A DNA stretch of 64,000 nucleotides, from NCBI GenBank assembly GCA_965112155.1, contig OZ218107.1; one strand, given 5' to 3'. This document shows, piece after piece, positions 53,321 to 64,000 of the stretch (within the stretch, counting starts at the first letter, position 1; each line of letters starts with the position of its first letter). The notes below the pieces were generated by a model. That model had not been told where the DNA came from. It saw nothing but the letters and a program-made list of their open reading frames with translations, and made no database searches. The position numbers were made by a program, and so were the translations under genes. This DNA comes from Podarcis liolepis. Lineage: Eukaryota.

Positions 53321-56300
53321 CAGGATACCAGAAGCTTAATGGGAGGGTGAGAGAACTTTGCCATAGTCTATACTGTGGAGAAAATATAGCCCCATCCCCA
53401 TTCCACAACAACATAATGGTTCCTTCAATACAAATCAACAGCAAAGGCAAATGTTCAGAAAGATGAGGACATATCCCAAAGGGCTGGACATGAAAGAAGT
53501 AATCTAAAATTAGGTATTGGTACTAATAATGTATTACTTAATGTTTAGCTTCTAGGGATGAGTCTGTAATTGTATGTAACCACAAGCAGTCCATGTACTC
53601 TTGCCATCAAGTCTTTAGCTACTTCTTTCCATGTTCTTTTGTCACATATGTCATACGGGGAGGGGTGCTTCAAGTCAAGGTAAGAACAAAGTCATCTTAG
53701 ATTCACAGTCAACAAGAACTATGCTACTTCAGGCAATCCAGTGCTATTGACAGTGAACACACATCAGATCAGAGAAGACATTTGCCTAAAAGCTGATAGC
53801 TGGCAGTAGTTTGCATATAAACATGGCACAACTAGATCTAAGCTACCGAGTCTGTTCATGCCATGAAAAAGTCTCCACATGAAAAAAACCCGCCCAAATT
53901 ATGATTTACATCTATGAAAATAGGCACTCTTGTTAAGGTGGATCTATACTATTTTCCATAGCTCTGTTAGCAAGCTGGATGTGTGGAAATTTGATAGCTC
54001 AGAGCAGTCTTGTAGGAATATGGCAACTAAGTATCGGAATTGCTGCTTCATAAGGAAATTGCTTTGTGGGATCTGGCCCAAGTACTAAGCAGCCTCCTCC
54101 AAAAAGAAGGACTTCACTTATGGCTTTGGAAAATTTTACAAGTACCCATTGTTGGAGTGCCTGTACCTCCCAGGACTTCTATGGGAGATTTCACCCTATT
54201 ATGGCATCCTAGACAAGAAATAAATGTAACCCTGTGCATGATATGTAGGAGTAGAAAGTTAAAACCTGCCCCCGCTATGTAGATCATCATTTGTCCAAGT
54301 CATCCTTTAGAAAGTAAATAATTCTAAGTCAGATTTTTATGCGAGTGACATTTTGGGTGCATGCATTGACTAACCATTTTTGCAGAGCCCGGTTAGAATA
54401 AAGATACTCTGAAATATGGTCCCTTTTATTAATAGTGCACATTTGCCCCAGGCTCAAGAGAGAAACTTGCATTATCTTCCATGCCTGCCTATTTCTGGCC
54501 TACCTGAACACCTGCCGTGTCCAAATACATGAAAAAAAATTAGATACAGCTCAAGGTGAATAGTGCAAGCACTCACCAGCTACAAACTGGAGGCTGAGCT
54601 ATGCCCATTCAGCAGCAGTTTCCAGTTATAGATTTTTTGAAAAGCAGATATAAAATGACCAGGATCCAAACTAGCACAAGTGTAATTTTAAAAGTGAAAA
54701 AAATAAAATCTAGCAAATGTGGAAGTTATTCTAGGGTACTCATGCACCCTTCTAGGTCATGGGCTCCATTGTGCGGTACTTCATAAGGTACAAAGGACTG
54801 CTGCCAGACCCTCCCTCGTGCATGTTCAGAAGCACTTTTCACTCATGCACTCAAAGTGGGTGGGAAGTTGAATCTTGGCCAAAGATTTCTGCCAGAATTC
54901 AACAGTTTAAGGTAAAACTTACATAATACCACAAAACAAGCTTTCTCTCTCTCTCAATGTATGTATGTATATGTATATGTATTCCTACCAGCAGCATCCT
55001 GACATGGTACAATAATAGCACAAAACATTTAATATTTGGTCACATGTCAGTAAAAAAAACCCCCACTAAAAACTGGCAATCATCTAGTACATGAGATGTG
55101 AAGAGAAGAGATCCAGCATATTTTCTAAGACTCTCCCTCTTTTTAAATTTACATTTCAATATTGTAGATTTAAAAATAAATAACTAAATCCATCTTAGTC
55201 CATTATCAAAATGCCCAGTGTTAGAAACTGGAACAGGAATGCTAGAAGCCATGTGGCTCCTGGGACCTAGGCTGTGGGCGACAAAACAAAATGTCTAGGT
55301 GCACTGTTTGTTTTTTCCTGCCCTGCTACCAGACCAGGTAGCCACACTGGGGGCGGGGGGAGCTGGCTAGAGAATCAGGAGGTCTGTAGGGTAGTGCAGC
55401 AGCAAAAGACGTGTCTTTTGCTTCCACTCTACCCTGCCAAACACCTGATTCACCCCAGTGTGGCAGCATGGAAGCAAAAAAAGTGTGTTTTTTCCTGCTG
55501 CACCGTTGGGCAAATCAGGTGTTTGGCGGGAGTGCCCAGCAGACCAGATGACTACAGCCAGGCAGGTGGACATGCTAGGCGCAAAGCATGCCTCCTTGAT
55601 ATCTCCATCCTGTTGCAGGAGGCCAGTTGCCAGTCGCAAAATGCAACTGGCACCCAGCTAATTTTGAACGCTGAATGCCCGTTATGGCAAATACTCCAGC
55701 ATCTATTCCATTATTTAATAAATGGCATCCAATTCTTCTCAAAAGTCTACTGTATTACTTCTTCCTTCCCCCAAGTATTTGTAACTCCTAGTAACTCCAA
55801 GACTTCCTCTTAAGAGAGTACTTATGGCAGTATTTTGCAATACGAGATTAAAGGCTCCAAGTGTAGCTCTTAACAGAGGAATTTTGGAACCCTTAAGGGA
55901 GACATATCCAAAATCAAGATGAGCTCCTTTGCAAGGAGGAAGGAGAACAGAATTCAGGTTCTGCATGAAGGGAAATAATCTGAAGTTATCCAGGACAAGA
56001 CTAGCATGTACCAAAGTTAACTCTCAAAACTGCAGTGAGAATGTAATGTGCTACTCTCCCTTCACATCCAGCCCTAAATTCAAGTCAAACTCTCTGGATT
56101 AACAGGAGTTCATGGAATACAGGGCCTTTAGGTCACATGCTGCCCAAGCACGCCACAGCAGTAAGCATAACGAATTAAATAAGAAGACTGTACTGTGCAA
56201 AAAGCCTGTCTCAATTTAGGCTAGAAAAATAAATAGCAGTTAAGTGGGCATGCTTATTCACTCACTGGTCACTTCTGGCTCTCAAATTACAGTAACTCTT

Positions 56301-57184
56301 AAGGAGATCTCCAGTGTTAGTCATACATGCATTAGACCTGTGAAATCAATGGACAAATTACTCGTATCTCAATTTCAACATGTATATTCTAAGCACAACT
56401 AACACTGGATATTACCCTCAGTTTCTAGTTGTCCCCATCCTTGGAAACCTCAAACACACAGATAAGGCTTGCATGGATGACAGCTTCTTTTGCTGTTACA
56501 TTTCAGACAATTTTACCTTTTATTCCAAGTACTTTCAGACCAAGTTATATCTGACTTGGTATGCTGCCCCTTTAGTCTGAATCCAAATCATTCAAAAGTT
56601 AATTTGGGCATGTTTAACTGATCCTGTGTAAATTCTTCTACAAGTCACCCTATCTGCTCTGGACTCTTTGGAGAAGATGGATGGGGAATAAATATCCAGA
56701 GTTTCAAAAAGTAGATTGGATTGATCCAAGGTGTAACAGGTAGCAAATCTGGGGCTGCAGTAAAGGATGAACACTCCCTTGGTCACCTGTGGCGGTTAAT
56801 CATTACCTACATTTACTGAGGGACCTTCCCCACTGTTGAAGGTCATAATAGCTGTGGGGTGAGGAATCTCTAGCCCTCCAGATGTTGTTGAACTACAGTT
56901 CCCATCATCCACAAACACTGGCCATGCTTGCTGGGGCTGATGGGAGTTGGGAATCCAGCAACATCTAGAGGGCCACAGGTTCCACACACGCATAATAGCA
57001 CTGGCCTGCAGAGGACTACAAACATATTTCTCATTGCCCAGTATCAATTGAAAGAAATATTGTGGGGGATATAATAACTGGGTGTGTCTATAACATTGTT
57101 TTGCATTAGACAAGGCAGTAGCAAGGAGGTTGCACTCATAACTATTACTGCAACCAGTCAAGAACCACAAGGAGGACTCAGGGT

Positions 57185-57358
57185 AACATGGGAACATAGG
57201 CAGCTACCTTATACAGAGTCAAGAACATTGGTCCATCTAGCTCAGTACTGCCCACTCGGACTGGCAGAAACTCTTTCAGACTGGGAACAGTTCCAGCCCT
57301 GAATCAGAACCTTTTTCTGCAGGCAAGGCAGATGCTCTACCGCTTGAGCCACACACCC
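57185..57358 (-). mobile_element. Degenerate Squam3-like SINE
   Basis: ggaacataggcagctaccttatacagagtcaag..cattggtccatctagctcagtact...gcagatgctctacc on + (tail-to-head). Confidence 0.55.
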
Positions 57359-58849
57359 TCCTAGTTCTACATCAACACAAGCTTCCTCCTGAGCAATTAT
57401 TTACAAAAGCTACATTAATATGCCTAATTTGCCCTCCAAGACTGACAGAAACAAGCCAGCTCACATCAACCACTAACATGATACTTTTTGGCTCAAAATG
57501 GCAGGCTAATTGTATTGGCCCTCCAAGACATTTACAGAGATAAGTGACTAGAATTTATCTCAATTATTTTATTTCAGTTGAATACACAAGTATAACGTCA
57601 TAGCTCTAGACAGCAAGTCCATGAGTCAGAGAGTATTAGCCAGTGCAAAGGTTTGCAGCTTTCACTGGAGTGGCAAAGATAAGAAACTATAGCATTTTTT
57701 CACCTGGTGACTAATAATGTATCTTTATACAAGCAGTAACTGATTACGCAGTCATTACTTTGGATTCTGTTGTGTCACACCTATGCTTAAGGGAAGAAAC
57801 TACATTTTTAAGAAGTTGTAGAAGTGTGTTAATCCGAGGACCAGGGTTCATACATTCTCTTTAGCCACAGCATTTATTTTTTACCTATGCAGTTCAAACT
57901 AGAGTTTCATCATGGGTAGAATCATTAGTCACAGATGCACATGTTAGCATTAACAGCCAAGTTTCGTTGCGGCTATTTGCAGGGTAATTATACCGCGAAA
58001 CAAACAAAACTTGTGTATACGAGAGTCATTTGTTGCCAGTTCAGATGCTACTTTTTGAAAATGCAAGTCACATCTTGCTTGCCAGCAGCACATAAGTCTG
58101 ACAGATTGGTAAAATCCTGAATGCTTTGGGAAGTCCTTATTTCTCAGGCACGCCTGCAAGTCAGACCTGCATGTTACTTTGTGCACTTATCTCTAGTCTA
58201 GAGGGATGCTGCTGCTGCTGTCTACAAACAGGCCCTGGAGGGGCTTCTTTTTAAAACAGACTCCACTCTCCAGGTGTACATTAGTTGGAAGTAACTTAAG
58301 AGTCACAGATTATACACAGAAAGGAAGTAAAGGCAAGACAAAGAGCAAAATGAAAAAGTAGACACAGCCAGTTAAAAAAAGGGGGGGTCTCTATGGGCAT
58401 TGGCACTTTCCTTATATCAATTAAGTATTGAAACTAGCAAGTAGTTCTGCTCCACAGAAAAGGGATAGCCAAAACAGGCAGGCAATACAGATCCCCTAGA
58501 CTCTCTACCACAAATAGAAGTTTGAAAGATAGCAACAATCAAGGGACAAGAGCAAGAGAGAACCCACTTTCTAAAATCCTTGCTTCACAGTTATTGCAAT
58601 GCTTAGAGTCAACTGGAGTATTTCCCCAAGAGCAACAATTGTCACAGGAGAATATTCTAGAAGTAGCATGCCTCAGAGCATTTCCCCACTTTCCACATTC
58701 AACCAATAAACACATGAGCTGGAATCCTGTCCCATTTCTTTTTCCTTTTCACAAGTTGCTCCTTCCAGATACAGACCCTGGGACTGCTGGACTCTTGTTT
58801 GAGCCACCCTGCCAAAGGGAAATAAACGCCCGTTGTTGCTTAATCAGGG

Positions 58850-60330
58850 CATTTCACCGCCTTTTATTCAAAGGAAGTTGGCTGAACAGAGAGGAGAAGT
58901 TGGTCCCATTTGAGAACGGGGGCAGCTGCAAAATCTACCAGAGAGACTCTCCTCCTGCAAGCTTCGTCTTGCCCCGTCGCTCCCTCCTCCCCCTTTCCTG
59001 GCTTGACTCAAGCAGCGCCAACTGAATGAGGAAGTCAAGCTCGGCGGGCGGAAGCCAAGCCCATTGCAATGTCTGCAACAAGGTTGTCAGCCCGTGACTC
59101 AGGCGGGAGCCCTGACAGCTGCCAAGCGGTATACTGCCCGTTACTTCCCAGCTTTTTTAAAAAAAAAAAGGGGGGGAGAGAGGGGGGCAGGAAATCCTTA
59201 GATGATTAGAGGGTGCAACCCCAGCTACAAACCGTGGAGAGAGAACGAGCAGGTTTAATCTCTTGCAACAAGAGCAAGATATAGTAACAGGCAGCAGAGG
59301 ATGAGAGAAGCACGAGATCAGCTGCTTTCTCAGAGACGCAAGAGGCGGTAGTCTTAAAGCCATTTCCCCTGTAGGGTTGTTGGGGTTAGGGGCGGTGGGG
59401 GGGAGGGGAAAGAGGTATTTTGGGGGAGGGGAAGCACAGGTAGCCGGTGTGGCAAGGGAAGGATCCTGTGCGTGGCAATTGCACAGCGTTCCCCCACCTC
59501 AGGCGGAAAGGAAGCCAAGAGATGATGGCTGCACCTTCCCCCACCCCACCCCGCTTCCACCCCCCTCCAAAGCCGATGCCCCCACAGTGGGTGGCACTTC
59601 CTGGGCTTGCAGCCCGCTTGGCAGAAGAAAGGCATTCTAGAAGTTAAGCCACACCCGCCCGCCTCGCGATGAACCTCAACCCGCCGGCGCCAAACTAAAA
59701 GCCAAGCGCCATCTCTCGCGTGTTTCCCGTCCCGTCCCGCACCGTCCCTGAAGCAGGATTTCACCTGAGTCTGGCCAAAGCCCGGGAGGTTGGGGGGTGG
59801 GGTGGGCGAACCGCCGCGGCTCCTGCTCCTCGCTGTGGGAAGACTAGATTCGGTACCCGGCACCTTTGGAGAGAGTCGCAGCGCCCCACCCGCCGCGCTG
59901 TTCCAGCTTCAACGCCTCACACTCACCGGCAACAGCGAGGTTTCAAGCCGGGAGGGAGCGGCCGCGGCTAAGGACAGCAACACCCACCTGCTGTACTGCT
60001 GGCCAATAAAAAGGCCAGCTTGCTCTGACTGAGCTCCAGCTCCCGCCAATGGCGACGCAAGAGGAGGGCGGTGCTGCTAAAGAAGGCGGAGGGCGCTTTT
60101 TTTTTTTTTAATCTCCTCAACTGACGCCTCAACCCCCGCTTCTCATATTAGCCCGCCTCTCATCCTCCTCGCAGAAATGGGCTCAGCCAATGCGCCCTCA
60201 TTCAGAGAGGAGCGTAGACTGACACGTCGGGCGGCCAATAGGTGCACGGAGAAAGGGTAGGGCCCTTTGTGGGCCTATCTTGAACGTTTCCCTGGCTGTT
60301 CTGAGGCGTGGCAGCAAGGAGTGGAGTGGC
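58850..60330. promoter_or_regulatory. MYH9: CpG island / MYH9 promoter region
   Basis: Only extended CpG-rich non-repeat stretch; CCAAT at 60003, 60046, 60187, 60235; GC boxes; E2F-like TTGGCGGGA (minus, 60049-60041); poly-T at ~60097-60109. Confidence 0.85.
59927..59990 (-). other. MYH9: Probable non-coding exon 1 of MYH9 (3' end defined; TSS approximate)
   Basis: Consensus donor CCG|gtgagt at 59927/59926 inside the CpG island just downstream of CCAAT boxes; no upstream ATG; MYH9 has a non-coding exon 1 and long intron 1. Confidence 0.7.
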
Positions 60331-60779
60331 GGAGGGGGAGAAATCCCTACCATCCATTTTCAGCCCCATTAACCTACCCTGAGTAGGAACAAAACAGTGG
60401 GCATTCGCCTGTTCTCCTGTGCATGCTCAAGCAGAAGTAAACCTACTGTATTTAATAGGGCTCTCTCCAAGACTGGCCCTTAAACACCTAAAAGCAAATA
60501 CTCAGGTCTTCTACTTCCATTTAGCAATAGCGATATTTTTCAAAATTAAAATTGTTCGACGCTTATTAATTGAAGTTTAACACGTCACATACTGATAAAA
60601 GACTGGGAAAGTGCCCTTAAATAGGCAAGCTGGCTTTCTCTTCACCACTGGATCCTGCACAAACTTACTCTCTTCAGAGCTCTTCTGCAGCCTTGCCCTC
60701 CCACTTCTCTCTCCACTTCTATTTTCCAAGGCATCCTTTCCTGTGATGTCCTCTTGTCCACCACTTAGCTGTCCAAAGG

Positions 60780-61070
60780 TTTCCTGCATCCTGAAACAAC
60801 TCTGCTCTTCCTGTCTTCCTGCCCATTATGCCTGGAACTGCGTCCAGAAGGCCTTTGCAACCTCCTCCCTTCCTTAACGTCCCTCCTCAAAATTCATTTA
60901 TTTTGTAGAAGAATTTTGGAACAACCAAAGTGCATGGAGTTGAAATAATTTCACATTCCCCCGTTTACCCCTACCTCCATTTCGCGTTCCCTCTTCTATG
61001 TTTTAGATTGCAAGCTTTTTGGAGTAGGGACTTGTGAAACCTGTTCTTTGTGAAGCTCTGTATACATGCA
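60780..61070 (+). mobile_element. Ancient L2-like LINE 3' remnant
   Basis: tatgcctggaac...ccctcctcaaaattcatttattt and tagattgcaagcttt..gtagggac motifs typical of L2 ends (recalled). Confidence 0.45.
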
Positions 61071-63377
61071 TGCCACTGTCACCATCATCAAGCTTACAAA
61101 AAAAGGTAAGAATCACTTTGTTATATTAGATCAAGATCTATTTAAGCTGCAGCAGTTCTGTGCACACCTAAGTATAAGCCTCATTGAACATGGTGGGACT
61201 TTCTTCAGAGTAAACATGCACAGGCTTGCCTTGTTAGTCCAACATTGTGTTTTCAGTGACGGCCAAGCAGATTCCCCTGGAACGTTCACAACAGGACATG
61301 ATGAAGATAGCCAACCCATTATTGTTATCAGTATGTGGAAACCAGAGGTATTCTACCTCTAAACACAAAAGTCTCATTTATATCTGTCATTCCTAACATT
61401 AATGCACTTGTCTTTCCTCCCCTCCACTAGTCTTTTTACAAATCTTTTATATATATTTTTAATAAAATATTTATACTTTTTTAATGTTCAGAGATAGCAT
61501 ACTCCCACTTACCAAGTACTAAGGATAATCAATAAAGTTTGGCTAGCTTCATTGACTTTTAAATTCTAGAAATCAGGTGAACCAAATACATCAAGATGAG
61601 GAACCTCATCCCTGACATTTTGACGATTTCTTCCCTGACACTGCTCTCCGGATGCAGTATTGTATGCATGTCCGGGAAATTCCAGACGTATGGCAATCCT
61701 AGCTTCACTGCATGAATTACCCAACCTTTTACCAGACTACACCAGTGTTGGACTTGCCAAATTTAATTGTGAAAAACCAGGGTTTGTTTGCTTTTTTAAA
61801 GGCAGCTGTTACTGATCTTCAAGGAAGTCCCACTGAGCGCAATGGGATTCCACTGTTATATGTAGTGCTTTAAGGAGCTCTGATGTACGATATCTCATTA
61901 ACATATATGGCAGCTGAGAAACCACTTTCATTATCTAGCCACTCTACTCAGGAGTCTGATTCTCAAGTTGGATGGTCAGATGCAAAAGAGGGCAGGGCTC
62001 CTGTACCTTTAAAAGTTATGTAGAAAGTGGGGAATATCAGTAGGTGTAGGTGTGGTCATCCAAGCTACAGCTGCAGAATATTGCCACCTCCACACAACTG
62101 TGGCAAATGTGCAGGAATCCTGTCCTCTTTAACCTCTGTTCGATCTCCTGCTAAATAAAAGTTGGACCTACTGTATCATGGTATGAAGCTAACATACACA
62201 CCAAGAACCATTATTTTGAAGCTGGTCAAGCAAATTGATGGGAAGTTTGCATCACCAATGTTAATCACAATAGTCAATGTCAAATCTTTAGTGAAAGAAA
62301 ATTAGCAGTGAAATTCTGTGGATATTTATTCAGAAGTAAGTTCTAGTTTTCTATGTTTGTAATGCTTAAAAAAAAAAAAGCAACATCAGATTATAACTGA
62401 AGTTTATAAAGCACTGGAGGGGCTCTAATAAAATAAAAGATGTTCATTCCAAAATTCAGACACTCTTGTAACTAAACACTTTCCTTGTACCATGTATGAT
62501 AAGGTGTTCTGTAGTGGGATTCATGGGCTGGCAGAGAATAAATTATTATACAGGTAACTTCTTTTCTTTGTGCTCAACACAGAAGGCGTGGGATACGATA
62601 CCAGAGGAAGGAAGCCGCCTTCTTGCCTAGCATTGAAATTCATGAGGCTGCTGGAAGAGGGACAGAGTCTGTTATCCATTCTGTCAGCCCATAGCAAGCC
62701 AGAGCAAGATGCTCTGAACACATAAATACCAATCCTGGTGTGACTGCACTAGCTACCAATTTATTTATTGCTGTAAGCTGCTTTGAGTTACTTTTGTTAA
62801 GAAAAACACCTAAGTATGATAAATAATAACAATTTCAAGCAAACAAGCCACCTGTCTGTCAATCATAGGCTAGTAACTTTTGAGGGCTCATTTACAAGGC
62901 TGACTTAAACATTTTCAGGTATTATTGATTTCAGTGGAGAAGATATAAGTATGGGCTTCTGACACTGTCATCAATGTGAATTTAAAACCCTAGCTTTAGC
63001 TGGGCCATTCCCAAGGCTTTTTGTACGCTAGAGAATGTATATTTGTAGGTATAAATGATGTGAGAAAAGACATTAATTAGGTCAAGGATCCTAAAAAGAC
63101 CGATAAGAAACTTCAAGAATCAGAATAGCTGAAGGTGTACTTGGAGAAACAGAGTATCCTAGAGAAATTAACCTGAAGACTCTTGAAAGAAAGTTTATTT
63201 GGTTAAGGAAGGGATGAAGGGTGGAGAAGGTGATGCTACTAAAGTTGTTGAAAGATGTGTGCCACTGAACATCATTGTATCAAGGATTAAAAGATAAAAT
63301 ACTATGGTTAAGCATTAGTGAGAACAGTGTAAGGAGAAGAAATTGCAGGGCTGGAAATAGAACTCAGCTACTTGCAG

Positions 63378-63700
63378 AGCAAGTGTGGAGCAGTGGTTAG
63401 AGTGTTGGACAAACATTGTAGGAGATAAGGGTTCAAATTCCCATGTGGCCATAAAGCTCACTGAGTGATTTCAGCCGCATACTGGCCAGACATTCAAGCA
63501 TGCACACACACAAAAACTCATGGGAACTGTAGTTTGTTGTGAGTGCTAGAAACTAGCTCTGAGGGAGGAACTCCAGTTCCCAGAATTCTCTTTGGGGGGT
63601 GGGCATGCAGAGAAATGTGTTTTAAAATTTTGTTAAATGCATGGCACGTACTGTCTCTCAGCCTAACCTACATCACAGGGTTGTTGTGAGGATAAAAGGA
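63378..63700 (+). mobile_element. MIR/CORE-like squamate SINE interrupted (~63470-63647) by a DNA-element remnant
   Basis: agtggttagagtgttggac...gggttcaaattccc head and ctctcagcctaacctacatcacagggttgttgtgaggataaaa tail. Confidence 0.55.
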
Positions 63701-64000
63701 TAAAAGGAACTTGGGAAAACCATGTACACTGCCTTTACTTCTTTGGAGTAAAAGGCAGGCTCTAAATGCAATTAATAAATATATCAATAAATAAATGAAG
63801 AAGCTTGACGGAGAAAAATAAATAGGAGCCAAGAATGAAGGAGTGTAGTAAACCTTGTCATTGAAGGACCCCAATGCCCTTTTATAGGGCACTAACATAG
63901 TCACAGTCTATGACATCAGAAGCCCAATTGGGTTATGAGGGCTACTGGTGTGGCAGAAGTCTTTATTTTAAAAAGGAGGCAAGGAGAAGGTTTGAACTTG

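Noticed and set aside
41001-54580. Isolated gtgagt donors in intron 1 (41010, 48387, 54576) as alternative 5'UTR exons
   Set aside because: Expected by chance in 20 kb; no supporting promoter or convincing exon body
55274-55813. 179-aa ORF
   Set aside because: Non-ATG start, no recognisable domain, overlaps a degenerate repeat-like GC patch
58522-59971. 167-aa and 169-aa ORFs at the CpG island
   Set aside because: Non-ATG starts in GC-rich, stop-poor sequence; no protein family resemblance
61066-61362. 98-aa ORF upstream of MYH9 as exon of a neighbouring gene
   Set aside because: Partly overlaps a short MITE-like palindrome; no recognisable protein similarity or paired splice sites

Overview
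Vertebrate genomic DNA, almost certainly a squamate and probably a lacertid lizard, judged from full-length Sauria SINEs of the wall-lizard type plus Squam3-like SINEs. The window holds the 5' half of MYH9 (non-muscle myosin heavy chain IIA) on the minus strand. It includes a CpG-island promoter and non-coding exon 1 near 59.9-60.3 kb, a ~20 kb intron 1, and 24 coding exons (exons 2-25, 3272 nt, about aa 1-1090) covering the motor domain, IQ region and start of the coiled-coil rod. The gene continues beyond position 1. All exon boundaries were read from the sequence; they are in phase and match the mammalian MYH9 exon sizes as I recall them. Most notable extras: (1) an intact 63-nt loop-2 cassette exon homologous to the MYH10 B2 insert; (2) a U12-type GT-AG intron 7 with extra U11-type 5'ss motifs nearby; (3) an 816-bp solo LTR with a 5-bp TSD whose U3 is one 200-codon ORF; (4) a candidate intronic terminal exon in intron 5; (5) inverted Sauria SINEs flanking exon 2; (6) a ~145-bp dispersed duplication in intron 1; (7) several DNA-transposon MITEs, including an OC1-like hAT. 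No prokaryotic-type system, CRISPR array or true RNA gene was found.
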